Shown here piece after piece: positions 30,601 through 43,048 of a stretch of DNA of 64,000 bases; the stretch's first letter is position 1; the number at the start of each line of letters is the position of its first letter. Made by a program: the position numbers and the translations under genes. The DNA is taken from positions 320,001 to 384,000 of the forward strand of contig CAWCRS010000003.1 of NCBI GenBank assembly GCA_963798085.1, written 5' to 3'. The notes beneath the pieces are model-generated. The model ran no database searches and was not told the DNA's origin. It was given only the letters and a program-made list of their open reading frames with translations. The DNA comes from an uncultured Gemmatimonadales bacterium (GTDB taxonomy: Bacteria > Gemmatimonadota > Gemmatimonadetes > Longimicrobiales > RSA9).

Positions 30601-30701
30601 ACGCCAAGTTAGATACAGGCCGGAGTTCGCGGCCAGTAGCCGTGGTACGGGGCGTGGTGCTTGACCATGCCGTGGCAGGTGAGCGAAACTGGGCGACGAG
30701 C

Positions 30702-31303
<602 letters not shown>

Positions 31304-31307
<4 letters not shown>

Positions 31308-34300
31308 ACCGGCAGCAACGGGAGCGCATCGAGTCCCTGTTCAATGCGGCGCTCGATCTCGAGAGCGACGCGCGTGCCGCATTTCTCGAGCAGGCCTGCG
31401 CAGACGAACCCGCACTTCTCACGGAAGTGAATGCGCTGCTCGCGGCGCACGAGCGGTCAGCGGGTCTGCTGGAAGTCGACGTAACGGCCGTCGCGTCCGC
31501 GCTGCTGACACCGCTTCCGCCTGCGCGCATCGGACCGTACAGCATCGTGCGGCAGCTGGGTGCGGGCGGCATGGGTGCGGTCTTTCTCGCTGAGCGCGAC
31601 GACGGGCAGTTCCATCGTCTGGTCGCGATCAAGGTCATGCGCGCCGGCACCGATCCCGGCGAGCTGAGCCGCCGCCTCGAGCAGGAACGGCAGATCCTGG
31701 CCTCGCTGGACCATCCGAACATCGCGCGACTGTTCGACGGCGGCGTTCTGCCCGATGGGCGGCCGTACCTGGTCATGGAGTACGTCCAGGGCCAACCCAT
31801 CGACGCGCACTGCGACGCGCAGCGGCTGACGATCGAGCAGCGACTGGCGCTGTTCTGCCCGGTAGCCAGAGCCGTGCACTACGCGCACGGCAATCTGGTG
31901 GTGCATCGTGACCTCAAGCCTTCCAACATCCTGGTCAACGAGCAGGGCGTGCCCAAGCTGCTCGACTTCGGCATAGCCAAGATCCTGGACGCGGCGCAGA
32001 CAGGCGCGGCGCCCGCCACGCGCACCGGTCTGCGCCTGCTGACACCGGAGTACGCAAGTCCGGAGCAGGCTGAGGGTGCGCCCGCGACCACTGCTAACGA
32101 CGTGTATGCGCTGGGTGTGGTGCTGTACGAGCTGCTGACCGGGCGGCGTCCGCTTTCGTTTGCGGGGCTGTCGGCGGCGGCGGCCGAGCGCGTGCTGCTC
32201 TGGCGCGAGCCGCCTCGCCCGGGTTCGCTGTTCGAGCCAACACGCGCGCACGGTGGCGGCGCGAGTGACGCGCCGGCGGCAGCCGACGTGGCCGGGCTGC
32301 GCCGGGCGACGGCGCAGCGGCTGGCGAGGCGGCTGAGCGGCGACATCGATCGCATTGTCCTGATGGCGCTGCGCAAGGAGCCGGAGCGGCGCTACGCTTC
32401 GGCGGAACAGCTGGCGGAGGACATCGAGCGGCATCTCGCGGGCAGACCGGTGCTGGCGCGCGGCGCATCGGCGCGCTACCGCACGTGGAAGTTCGTGGCA
32501 CGGCATCGCTGGGGCGTGGCGGCCGCGGCGCTGCTGCTGTGCACGCTCTGTGGCGGAATCGTGGCTACGCTGTGGCAGGCGGGCCGGGCTTCGCGCGCGG
32601 CCGCGCTGGCCTCGGCCCAGCGCGAGCGGGCTGAACAGGAAGCAGGCAACGCCCGGCGCGCGGCCGCCATGGTGATGGATCTCTTCAGGCTGTCGGATCC
32701 GAACCAGACGCTGGGCGACACGATCACAGCGCGTGAGGTACTGGATCGCGGGACGGAACGTGTGCTGCGCGAATTCGGTGATCAGCCCGAGCTGCAGGCG
32801 GGTTTGCTGGGAGAGACGGCGCGCATATACGCGAACCTCGGCCTGCTGACGCGCGCGGAATCGCTGGTGCGGCGATCGCTGGCACTGCGGGAACAGAAGT
32901 TCGGCGAGAACAGCATGCCCGTATCGGAAAGTCTGGCGCAGCTGGGTCAGCTGCTGTCCAGTGCGGGGCAGCGCACCGAGGCGATCGCTGCGTTCCGGCG
33001 AGGCATCGCCATCCGCGACACGACAACGGCGCCGGACTCGCTGCTGGCTAACATGCAGATGGGCCTGGGTTGGGAGGTGCGTGCGCAGGGCGACTACGAA
33101 GAAGCCGGTGCCCTGTTCCAGCGGGCCGTTGCCACCGAGCAGCGACTCTTCGGCGATTCCTCGGCGCAGGCAGCCGCGGCCATGCTCGGCCTCGCCTCGA
33201 CGGAGCACGATCGCGGTCGCTTCGACGACGCGGAGGCAATGTTCGGTCGGGCACTCGCCGGCCACCCTGCGGATCTGGAGACGCCGCACCCCATGGCGGC
33301 AACCGCGCTGCTCAACATTGGCATGATCCGTCGCATCCGCGAGCAGTACGCGCAGGCCGAGCCGCTGGTGGCCACGTCGCTGGCCATGCGGGAGAAGCTC
33401 TACGAGCCCACACACCCGCAGGTGCTGGAAGCAGTGGCGGAGTACGCATTGCTGCAGCAGCTGCTCGGTCGTTATCGCGAGGCGGTGGATCTGCTGCGGC
33501 CGGCGCTGGAGCGTGCGCAGCAGACGCTGGGGCCATTGCACCCGGTGGTGGGGACACTGCGCGACGCACTCGGTCTTACACTGGAGGAAACGGGCCGCTA
33601 CGGCGAGGCGCTGGCGCAGTTCGACACCCTGATCGCGGGCAAGAGGGCATTGTTCCCCGGCGATCATCCGCAGACCGAGTTCGCGCTGGTGCACTCGGCG
33701 GAGCCGCTGCTCGAGCTGGGCCGGACACAGGAGGCGGAGCGTCGCCTGCGCGAGGCGGAGGCCATGGGCAACCGCATGTCCGGCGAGAACCGTGTTTACC
33801 GGGTGTTAGAGATATCCGGCCGGGCGCGCGCCGCCCGCGAGCGGCGCCAGCTCGCCTTGTCGGACTCGCTGTTCCGCACGGCGCTGGCGCTCGCCTCGCC
33901 GTTGCTGCGTCCGGATCACCGCTACGTGCTGGCGCTGCGCCGCGAATACGCGGCACTCCAGATCGAACGCGGACAGGCACGCGCCGCGATCCCGGCACTT
34001 GATTCGGTGCTCGCACTGCAGCGCGCACATCTGCCTGATCCGCACCCGCTCCCCGGCCGCACGCTGCGACTGCTGGGCAGTGCGTGGCTGGAAGCGGGCG
34101 AACCGGCGCGCGCCGAGACGCTGCTGCGCCAGGCGCTGGTACAGCTGAAGCCACTGCCCGCCGGTCACTGGCTCAACGGCGACACCCGCAGTCTTCTGGG
34201 CGCGGCACTGCGCGCGCAGGGACGTACCGCCGAGGCAGGGCCACTGCTGCAGGAAGGCGCGCGCATTGTGCGTGCGCATCTGGGATCCGCCGCAGCGCGC

Positions 34301-34339
34301 ACGCAGCGCGCCGAAGCCCGCCTGATCGACAATCACTGA
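31304..34339 (+). CDS. Membrane Ser/Thr protein kinase with TPR repeats
   Basis: GAGGMGAV, HRDLKPSN, DFG; one TM segment; TPR-like repeats; ATGA overlap with the sigma gene. Confidence 0.93.
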
Positions 34340-34490
34340 CGCGACAACCTGCACGGCGCATGCGTGCGCCGTGCACTCGCCGGCCATTCCGGAATTGCAC
34401 GGCATCATCGCGCCAATGTCCGTTTCAGAGCGCGAACCTCGCTTCCGCAGGATGAGCAGCACGACAGCAACAAGCCGGTGGAGACTCATC

Positions 34491-35900
34491 ATGGCACCGT
34501 GGAAACCGGATGCCACGTTCTACGCCTCACCCGGGCTGGCGATGGAAGCGCCGCCCGAGACGCTGGCATACGTGGCGTTACTGAATCCGACAGGCAGGGG
34601 CACGCGTGATGCGATCGGCGTGGTCAATGTCGATCCGGCATCAAAGGCGTACGGCCGGCTGGTGGGGCAGGTGGAGCTGCCGGATGCCGACAACGAGCTG
34701 CACCATTTCGGCTGGAACGCGTGCAGCTCGCATCTCTGTCCATACGCGCCGCACGCCCACGTCGAACGACGCTATCTGGTGGTGCCGGGCACGGGCAGCT
34801 CGCGCATTCACGTGATCGACACGAAGCCGAACCCGCGACAGCCCGAGCTGGTGAAGGTGATCGACGCCGGGACGGTCACGCGGCGCACGGGCTACACGGC
34901 GCCCCACACCGTGCATTGCGGGCCGGATGGCATCTACCTCAATGCACTGGGCGCGCGCGACGGCAACGGACCGGGCGGCGTGTTCATGCTGGATCATCGC
35001 ACGTTCAATGTGAAAGGCGCGTGGGAAGTGGAGCGCGGGCCACAGTATCTGGCGTACGACTTCTGGTGGCACCTCGGTCACGACACAATGATCACCAGTG
35101 AGTGGGGCACGCCTAACATGGTGTCAGAAGGCGTGAACCCGGAGCTGCTGCTGGCCGGCAGGTACGGCCACGCACTGCACGTGTGGGACCTGCAGACGCG
35201 GCGGCACCGCCAGACGCTGGACCTGGGTGCGCAGTACCAGATGGTGCTGGAGCTTCGACCCGCGCACAATCCCCGCCGGACGTACGGCTTCGCAGGCGTG
35301 GTGCTCTCGCTCCAGGATCTCTCCTCTTCCATCTGGATGTGGTACCGGCAGGGCGGCAACGGCACGAGTGAGTGGAAACTGCGCAAGGTGATCGACATTT
35401 CCGCGCAGCCGGCCGCTGCGGCGGACCTGCCGCCGTTGCTGCGGGGCTTCATGGCGGTGCCGCCGCTGGTCACGGACATCAACCTCTCGCTCGATGATCG
35501 CCTGCTGTACGTGTCGTGCTGGGGCACGGGCGAGCTGCGGCAGTACAATGTATCGGACCCGTTCCAGCCGAAGCTGCTGGCCACGCAGCGCATCGGCGGC
35601 ATCGTGCAGCGCACGCCGCACCCGTCGCAGCCGGGCCGTGCGCTGAACGGCGGGCCGCAGATGGTGGAGATCAGTCGTGATGGGCGGCGCGTCTACCTCA
35701 GCAACTCGCTCTACTCCCCATGGGACGCGCAGTTCTATCCGGACGGCATTCGCGGCTGGATCGCCAAACTCGATGTTAAGGTGGACGGCGGCATGGCGTT
35801 CGATGCGCGTTTCCTGCTGGAGACGGAAGGCGGACTGCGGCCGCACCAGGTGAAGCTCGAGGGCGGGGACGCGTCCTCCGATTCGTTCTGCTTCGCATGA
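34491..35900 (+). CDS. Selenium-binding protein SBP56 / methanethiol-oxidase family
   Basis: WKPDATFYASP, ELHHFGWNACSS, PHTVHC, SEWGTP, GGPQMVEISRDG, GGDASSDSFC. Confidence 0.92.
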   Translation: MAPWKPDATFYASPGLAMEAPPETLAYVALLNPTGRGTRDAIGVVNVDPASKAYGRLVGQVELPDADNELHHFGWNACSSHLCPYAPHAHVERRYLVVPGTGSSRIHVIDTKPNPRQPELVKVIDAGTVTRRTGYTAPHTVHCGPDGIYLNALGARDGNGPGGVFMLDHRTFNVKGAWEVERGPQYLAYDFWWHLGHDTMITSEWGTPNMVSEGVNPELLLAGRYGHALHVWDLQTRRHRQTLDLGAQYQMVLELRPAHNPRRTYGFAGVVLSLQDLSSSIWMWYRQGGNGTSEWKLRKVIDISAQPAAAADLPPLLRGFMAVPPLVTDINLSLDDRLLYVSCWGTGELRQYNVSDPFQPKLLATQRIGGIVQRTPHPSQPGRALNGGPQMVEISRDGRRVYLSNSLYSPWDAQFYPDGIRGWIAKLDVKVDGGMAFDARFLLETEGGLRPHQVKLEGGDASSDSFCFA

Positions 35901-36730
35901 GCACGGCGGCAACGTGGCCCCTGGGGATGATGCTGCTGCTCGGTGCCTGGCACGGCATCAATCCGGGCATGGGCTGGCTGTTCGCCGTCGCGCTCGGTCT
36001 TCAGGAGCAGGAGCGGCGCGCGGTGTGGCGTACGCTCCTGCCGCTGGCGGCCGGGCATGCGCTGGCGATCGCGCTGACCCTCTGCCTCATGCTGGTGCTG
36101 GGCACGATCGTGCCGCAGCGCGTCCTGCGCCTGGCGCTGGCACTGGTGCTCGTGGGGTTCGGCTTGCGGCGCCTGACGCAGGGCAAACACCTGCGTTATG
36201 GCGGCATGTGCATGAATCTGCGACAGCTCACGCTGTGGTCCTTTCTCATGGCGAGTGCCCATGGCGCGGGGCTGATGGTGCTGCCCTTCGCCATGCATTC
36301 CGCAACCCGGAAGACTGCCGCCCCTTCGCCTCCCGGCGTGGCAGCGGTCGGCACGAGCGGGATTGCCGCCGCGCATCCCGGACGCGCGCGACACGCCGCG
36401 CACGTGTCGCCGGACAATCCTGCGCCGGCAGCGCAAAATGGTGTTAACGGCTCCGGGGCGCTGGAGGTGCGCGAACTGCGCACGCCGGTTCCTGGCGGGG
36501 CCGGGCACGGGACGCATCTCGCCCGACCGGGCGGTGACGCCGGCGCCGGCAGCACAGGCACGCTGGTGCTGCTGCTGCATACACTCGGTTACCTGGCGGC
36601 GACGGGAGTGATCGCGACAGTGGTTTACGAGAGGCTGGGACTGCGGCGGCTGCGCGCGCTGTGGCTGAACCTCGACCTGGTCTGGGGCGGCGCGCTGATC
36701 CTGACGGGCATGGTGACGCTGGCGCTCTGA
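35897..36730 (+). CDS. Integral membrane protein coupled to SBP56
   Basis: GAWHGINPGMGWLFAVALG, AAGHALA, ASAHGAG, WLNLDLVW; ATGA overlap with SBP56. Confidence 0.8.
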   Translation: MSTAATWPLGMMLLLGAWHGINPGMGWLFAVALGLQEQERRAVWRTLLPLAAGHALAIALTLCLMLVLGTIVPQRVLRLALALVLVGFGLRRLTQGKHLRYGGMCMNLRQLTLWSFLMASAHGAGLMVLPFAMHSATRKTAAPSPPGVAAVGTSGIAAAHPGRARHAAHVSPDNPAPAAQNGVNGSGALEVRELRTPVPGGAGHGTHLARPGGDAGAGSTGTLVLLLHTLGYLAATGVIATVVYERLGLRRLRALWLNLDLVWGGALILTGMVTLAL

Positions 36731-36743
36731 GCGTTTGGGCGCA

Positions 36744-37226
36744 TCAGTGCGGCCGGCCGCCTAACAGGGGCACGGGGTCGGCACTGTGGCCCCAGCGCTG
36801 GATCTCGAAGTGCAGGTGCGGGCCGATGGCATTGCCGGTGTGACCGGAGCGGCCGATCAGTTGACGGCCATCCACGTGCTGGCCCGCGGTCACGTCAATG
36901 TGCGAGAGGTGCGCGTACAGTGTGCGCGTGTGGCCGCCGTGGTCGATGACGACAGTCAGACCGTAGTCGCCGAATGCGCCCGCCTGTACGACGGTACCGG
37001 CTTTCATGGCGGCAACGGGAGTGCCGTCGGGAACGCTGATGTCCACGCCGCGGTGGATCTCGGGCAGAAGTCCGCGCAGCCGGAGGCCCCACGCGGAGGT
37101 GAGCGGACCCTGCACGGGCCAGCGGGGAATGGCGCAGCCGCCGGCCAGCACGACGGCGATGACCAGCCCTGCGATGCGAATCGCGCAGCGTGACGGGAAT
37201 GGAATGGGCGACGTCGCCTGCTCCAT
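36744..37226 (-). CDS. M23 family metallopeptidase (probable lipoprotein)
   Basis: HRGVD, YAHLS, GPHLHFE; lipobox-like LAGGC. Confidence 0.9.
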   Translation of the reverse strand: MEQATSPIPFPSRCAIRIAGLVIAVVLAGGCAIPRWPVQGPLTSAWGLRLRGLLPEIHRGVDISVPDGTPVAAMKAGTVVQAGAFGDYGLTVVIDHGGHTRTLYAHLSHIDVTAGQHVDGRQLIGRSGHTGNAIGPHLHFEIQRWGHSADPVPLLGGRPH

Positions 37227-37443
37227 GATGCGTTTCTTTCCGAGAGTCCGCGCCATCAGCCTCCGTGTACGTGCGAACTGCGCATGCCGCAGCCGGTTGC
37301 GTGGGTTCTGCGGCGGGAATAGGTTCGGGTGTACACGTGTGGGACGGCGTCGAGCCGTGCGCTCAGGACGGCGTGGCGGAGCGGCGAGGTGGCAGGGCGG
37401 CCCGACGCCCGCGTGTGGTGACCGACGCATCCGCAGGAGATCC

Positions 37444-39128
37444 ATGCCCGAACAGACCCGTCGTCGCGGCAAGGGGCAGCGCCTGCGTCCCGCGCCCAAG
37501 GGCCGGAGCGTGGATCCGCAGGCGCATGCCACCGTGCTGCAGCTCCTTGGAGACGAGCCGCGCCGGCCGGATCTGCTGATCGAGCATCTGCACCGCCTGC
37601 AGGACGCGTTCGGTCAGCTCGGCACCGCGCACCTCACGGCGCTGGCGTTCGAGATGAACATGACGCCAGCCGAAGTCTTCGAGGTCGCGAGCTTCTATCA
37701 TCATTTCGACATCGTCCGTGATGGACAGGACGCGCCGGCGCGCGTGACCGTGCGCGTGTGCGAGTCCGTGTCGTGTCATATGGCCGGCGCCGATGCACTG
37801 CTCGAGACACTGCGCGGACTGGGCCTGACCGACACGCGAGTACTGCCGGCGCCGTGTGTGGGCCGCTGCGACCGGGCGCCGGTCGCCGTGGTCGGGCGCA
37901 ATCCCATCGATCGGGCGACCGCGGCAGCCGTAGAACAGGCAGTTAGCGCCGGCCGGACCGAGCCGGCCCTGCCCGACGCGATTCCGTATGCACAGTATCG
38001 GTGGGAGGGCGGGTACACCGATGCTCGCCGACTGCGTGAACGGGAAGACCAGCGTCGACGACTGGTCGTCGGAGCTGGAGGCGTCCGGGCTGCGCGGTCT
38101 GGGTGGCGCGGGTTTTCCGACGTTCCGCAAGTTCGGTTTCGTGCGTGCGCAGCCTCGAACCGCGCGTGCTGGCGGTGAACGCGGATGAGGGTGAGCCGGG
38201 CACGTTCAAGGACCGGCACTGTCTGGAGACCGATCCGCACCGCGTGCTGGAGGGCATGCTGCTCGCCGCGTGGGCGGTGCAAGCCGACGACATGTATTTC
38301 TACCTGCGCGACGAATACGCAGCGATCCGGGCACTGCTGACAATCGAGTTAGCGGCGCTCGAGTGCGGACCCGCCCGTGCGCTGCCGCGCATCCACCTGC
38401 GACGCGGCGCGGGCGCGTACATCTGCGGCGAAGAGAGCGTCGCTGATCGAATCGATCGAGGGCAAACGCGGCGAGCCGCGGCTGCGCCCGCCCTTTCCCG
38501 CCGAGTTCGGCGTCTTCGAGCCAACCCACGCTGGTGGACAATGTCGAGACGCTGTACTGGTGGCGCGAGATCATGGAGAGTGGCGGAGCGGCGTTCGCTG
38601 CCAGAGGCGCGGCGGGGGACAAGGGCGTGCGCTACTGGTCGGTCAGCGGGCGGGTGGGCGAGCCGGGCGTGTATCTCGCACCGAACGGGGTGAGCGTGCG
38701 CCAGCTGATCGATGAGCATGCGGGCGGCATGGTGGAGGGGCACGCGCTGTACGGCTTCCTGCCCGGCGGCGCGTCGGGCGGGATCCTGCCGGCGAGTCTG
38801 GCGGACGAGCCGCTGGACTTCAATGTGCTGGCGGTGCACGGGTCGTTCGTCGGTTCGGCGGCGGTGGTGGTACTGTCGCAGCAGGACCGCGCGACCGATG
38901 CGGCGCGGAATCTCATGCACTTCTTCGCCCATGAATCGTGCGGCAAGTGCACGCCCTGCCGGGTGGGCACGGCCAAGTCGGAGCAGCCTGATGTCGGAGA
39001 AGCGGTGGAACCTGCCGCTGCTGGCGGAGTTGTCCCAGTGCATGGCGGACGCTTCGATCTGCGGGCTGGGCCAGGCGGCGCCGAATCCGATGAAGAGCGT
39101 GGTCCGGTTTTTCGGGAGTGAGCTGTGA
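37444..39128 (+). CDS. NAD-dependent formate dehydrogenase beta subunit (NuoE/NuoF-like fusion); ~5 frameshifts
   Basis: Spread over six ORF pieces: VASFYHHF, CESVSC, CVGRC, GLRGLGGAGFP, NADEGEPGTFKDR, YICGEES, HESCGKCTPCRVG, SICGLG. Confidence 0.85.
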
Positions 39129-39129
39129 C

Positions 39130-39367
39130 CGGACCGTCTTGGCGTTCTTGGGTTTGGCCCAGGACAGCAACATCGTGGGGTCGCCAGCGGAGCCGCGGGG
39201 CGACCGCCGTCTGTCGCGCGACCCCTCTGATCATGGAGCTGCCCCATTCGCGAGGGTATCATGCGCGAGCCAGGCAGGTCGGGGCTGGAATCCTGGCTGG
39301 TGGCATAGTCGATGGAGCCACCGGCATGGGTAGACTCGCCAGAAGGAAAGAATGCCAAGACGGTCCG
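39130..39367. repeat. Inverted-end element (238 bp) between FDH subunit genes
   Basis: Left end starts 1 bp after the TGA at 39126-39128; right end AAGAATGCCAAGACGGTCCG. Confidence 0.8.
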
Positions 39368-39462
39368 GAATGAGTGAGACCAGCGGATTCTCCGCGTTTG
39401 CTCCGCCCGTGGCGCAAAGCTGGGGTGGGTCGGTGCACGGCCGGCCGATTCCCGGCGTGCAA

Positions 39463-42400
39463 ATGCCGCGCAACAGCGAGGCGGTGAGCTTCCTGCTCGA
39501 TGGCCAGCCGATCACGGCCGAGCCGGGCGAGACCATCCTGCAAGCGGCGCAGCGTCATGGCATCGAGATCCCGCATCTCTGCTTCATGGCGGGCATGCGC
39601 GCGGACGGCAACTGCCGTGCGTGCGTGGTCGAGGTCGCGGGCGAGCGCGTGCTCGCGCCGTCCTGCTGCCGCGCGCCGCGCGAGGGCATGAAGGTCGCCG
39701 CGCAGAGCGACCGTGCCCGCGCCGCGCAACGCATGGTTATCGAGCTGCTGCTCGCCGACGCGCCGTCACCTGCCGCGCGCGCGGACTCCGAGTTGACGCA
39801 GTGGGCGGACACGTTGGGTGTAACGGGCGCGCGCTTCGCTGCACGTCACCAGCCCGCACCCGATTTCTCCCACCCCGCGATCGAAGTGCGCCTGTCCGCG
39901 TGCATCCAGTGCACGCGCTGCGTGCGCGCCTGCCGCGAAGTCCAGGTCAACGACGTCATCGGGTACGCCGGCCGTGGCGCCGAAGCGCGCATCGTTTTCG
40001 ATCTCGAAGACCCGATGGGCGAGTCGTCGTGCGTCGGCCTGCGGCGAGTGCGTGCAGGCCTGCCCCACGGGCGCGTTGCTGCCTGCATTGTCGAAGCATG
40101 TGCGGGACGGCTTGAACGACCTGAATGGCGTTGCCGGGGCTGGGACTCGGGCCGGGACCGGGGTTGGACTGGACGATGGTGTCGGTCATCGTTCGGCTTC
40201 TGCAGTCGGAGCCGGGTTCGGCAGCAGTTCGCGTGGCGGGATTCCAGACGCTGATGGTTCGGGCAACGATGCGGGTCCGGGTTCGATTCGGGAGGGCAGC
40301 CTTCGCAGCGATGGAAGTTCGACGGGCAATGGCGATCGTGCGACGGACGGGAACGCTGCACTCCCCTCGCATGTTCAGGCAGTGCCCGCAGTCGGCAGAA
40401 GCGACGTCGGCCGATCCGCAACCGCATTCGGACCCGCGCAACCGGCCCCAGCAACCAGCGCCAGCAACGCGGCCGAGTCCGTAATCCCCAGCCCCAGCCC
40501 CAGCCCCACCTCGAGCAGCGCCCCGATGGCTCAACCGCAAAAGCGGTGGACTCCCTCTGTCCCTACTGCGGCGTGGGCTGCCAGACGACCTTCCATGTTG
40601 CGTCTAACCATGTGTTAAAGGTGACGGGACGCAACGGGCCGGCCAACTGGGGGCGGCTCTGCGTCAAGGGTCGCTTCGGCTTCGACTACGTGCACCATCC
40701 GCAGCGGCTGCGCGTGCCGCTGGTGCGGCGCGCGGGCGTGGCCAGGGATCCCGAGCACATGGTGGACCCGGGCGACCCGCTGTCGGCATTCCGCGAAGCC
40801 ACATGGGATGAGGCGCTCGATCTGGCCGCTGCCGGTCTGCGCCGTGCGTTCGAGCGCGGCGGGCCGCCGGCCATGGCGGGCTTCGGCTCGGCCAAGGGCT
40901 CGAACGAGGAAGCGTACCTGTTCCAGAAGCTGATGCGCGCCGGATTCCGGACGAACAACGTCGACCACTGTACGCGACTGTGCCATGCGTCTTCGGTGGC
41001 AGCGCTAATGGAGGGTTTGTCGTCGGGCGCGGTGTCGAACCAGGTGAGCGACGTGCAGTTCGCCGACTGCATCCTGGTGATCGGCGCCAACCCGACGGTG
41101 AACCACCCGGTCGCCGCAACGTTCATGAAGAACGCCATCGAGCGCGGCACGAAACTGATCCTGGCGGATCCTCGCCGCACGGACATGTCGCGGCTGGCGA
41201 CCTTCGCGCTGCAGTTCCGGCCGGACACGGATGTCGCCCTGCTCAATGCGATGATGCACACGATCGTCGAGGAAAGCCTCATCGATCGCGACTTCATTGC
41301 GCGGCGCACGAAGGGCTTCGACGCGCTGCTGCGCGTGCTGCCCGCCTACAGCCCCGATGCCATGCAGCATGTCTGTGGCATTCCCGCCGACACGATCCGC
41401 GCCGCGGCACGGCTGTACGCCACGTCGAAGGCGTCGATGATCTTCTGGGGCATGGGCATCTCGCAGCACGTGCACGGCACCGACAACGCGCGCTGCCTGA
41501 TTGCGCTCGCGCTAATGACGGGTCAGGTCGGCCGGCGAGGCACGGGGCTGCACCCGCTGCGCGGCCAGAACAATGTGCAGGGCGCGTCGGACATGGGCCT
41601 CATTCCCATGGTGTATCCCGACTACCAGGCCGCGGACAGTGACGCCGCGCGCGCCTTCTTCGAGCAGCTCTGGGGTGTGCAGGGTCTCGATCCGAAGAAG
41701 GGGCTGACCGTGGTCGAGATCATGAGGGCCGCAAAGGCGAGGCAGATCCTCGCCATGTACATCATGGGCGAGAACCCGGCCATGTCCGACCCCGATGTGT
41801 CACACGCGCGCGAGGCGCTGGCCGGGCTCGACTGGCTCGTGGTACAGGACCTGTTCCTGACGGAAACGGCGTCGCTTGCTGACGTCGTGTTACCGGCATC
41901 CGCGTTCCCGGAGAAGACGGGCACGTTCACGAACACGGATCGTCGCGTGCAGCTGGGCCGGCAGGCGCTGGAGCCGCCCGGACAGGCGAAGCAGGATCTC
42001 TGGATCATCCAGGAGATCGCGCGGCGGGTGGGCCTGGACTGGAGCTACGCCGACGCATCCGACGTGTGGACCGAAATCCGCAAGGCAGTGCCCAGCTGCG
42101 GCGGCATCACGTGGGAGCGGCTGGAGCGGGAGGGCTCTGTCACGTACCCGTGTCGCAACGAAGGCGACCCCGGCGAGGAAGTGATTTTCGCGGAGGACTT
42201 CCCCACGCCGGATGGGCTGGCTCGCTTCGTCCCGGCCGAGTACGGTCACGCGGAAGGCGATGAGCATCCGGACGACGAGTATCCGTTCGTGCTGATCACG
42301 GGCCGGGTACTCGAGCACTGGCACACGGGCGCAATGACACGGCGGGCCAGCGTCCTGGACGCGCTCGAGCCGGTCGCGGCGGTGAGCGTGCACCCAGCGG

Positions 42401-42682
42401 ATCTTGCGGAGCTGGGCGCTCACGCCGGTGACAGCATTCGCACTGGAGACTCGACGCGGCCGGCTCGTCGCACAGGCGAGACCCGACATGCAGGTTCCGC
42501 GCGGCGCCGTCTTCATCCCCTTCTGCTATGTCGAAGCCGCAGCGAATCTGCTTACCAATCCCGCACTCGATCCCTTCGGCAAGATCCCCGAGTTCAAGTA
42601 CTGCGGCGTCCGTGTCGCTCGGGTGAGCGAGAGCATGGAGCAGGCGGGCTACGGCGTGGCGGCAGAGGTTGCCGGGGACTGA
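39463..42682 (+). CDS. fdhF: Formate dehydrogenase alpha subunit (Mo/W-bisPGD, Cys ligand); frameshifts near 40040, 40545 and 42440
   Basis: GNCRACVVE, CIQCTRCVRAC, CGECVQACPTGAL, CPYCGVGC, NVDHCTRLCHASS, LRGQNNVQG, KIPEFKYC. Confidence 0.88.
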
Positions 42683-42927
42683 CCGGCGGTTCCCGGGACT
42701 GACTTGGGGGTGCCGGGACTGACCGGAAGTTGCCGGGGACTGACCGGAAGTTGCCGCGGCTGACCGGAAGTTGCCCGAGACTGACCGGAAGTTGCCGGGA
42801 CTGACCGGAAGTTGCCGGGGCTGACCGGAAGTTGCCGGGACTGACCGGAAGTTGCCGCGGCTGACCGGAAGTTGCCCGGGGCTGACCGGAAGTTGCCCGG
42901 GACTGACTGGGGGTGCCGGGACTGACC
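42676..42927. repeat. ~20-bp tandem repeat GGGACTGACCGGAAGTTGCC, 13 units
   Basis: CTGAC recurs every 19-21 bp from 42679 to 42922; the first unit overlaps the fdh stop codon. Confidence 0.95.
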
Positions 42928-43048
42928 TGCGGTCGCTCGAAGCAAGCCGGCAGATGATAAGGCTCTGTTCGGCCGTTCCTGGCCGCGCGTTCCTCTTTGC
43001 CCATCGGATGTGCAGCTTCCGTTGCTCTGCATGGCACAGCCGGCCACA

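Noticed and set aside
31457..33694. Long antisense ORFs (this 745-aa one and many similar)
   Set aside because: Shadow ORFs typical of high-GC coding DNA, opposite well-supported genes.
37444..39128. Programmed ribosomal frameshifting in FDH beta
   Set aside because: Five shifts with no slippery sites, and the same indel pattern appears in unrelated genes.
40960..40990. Selenocysteine in FDH alpha
   Set aside because: The active-site codon is TGC (TRLCH); no in-frame TGA.
42676..42927. CRISPR array or repeat-protein ORFs (42296..43150, 42594..43181, 42649..43122)
   Set aside because: Pure tandem repeat without unique spacers; the ORFs are open only because the repeat lacks stops on that strand.
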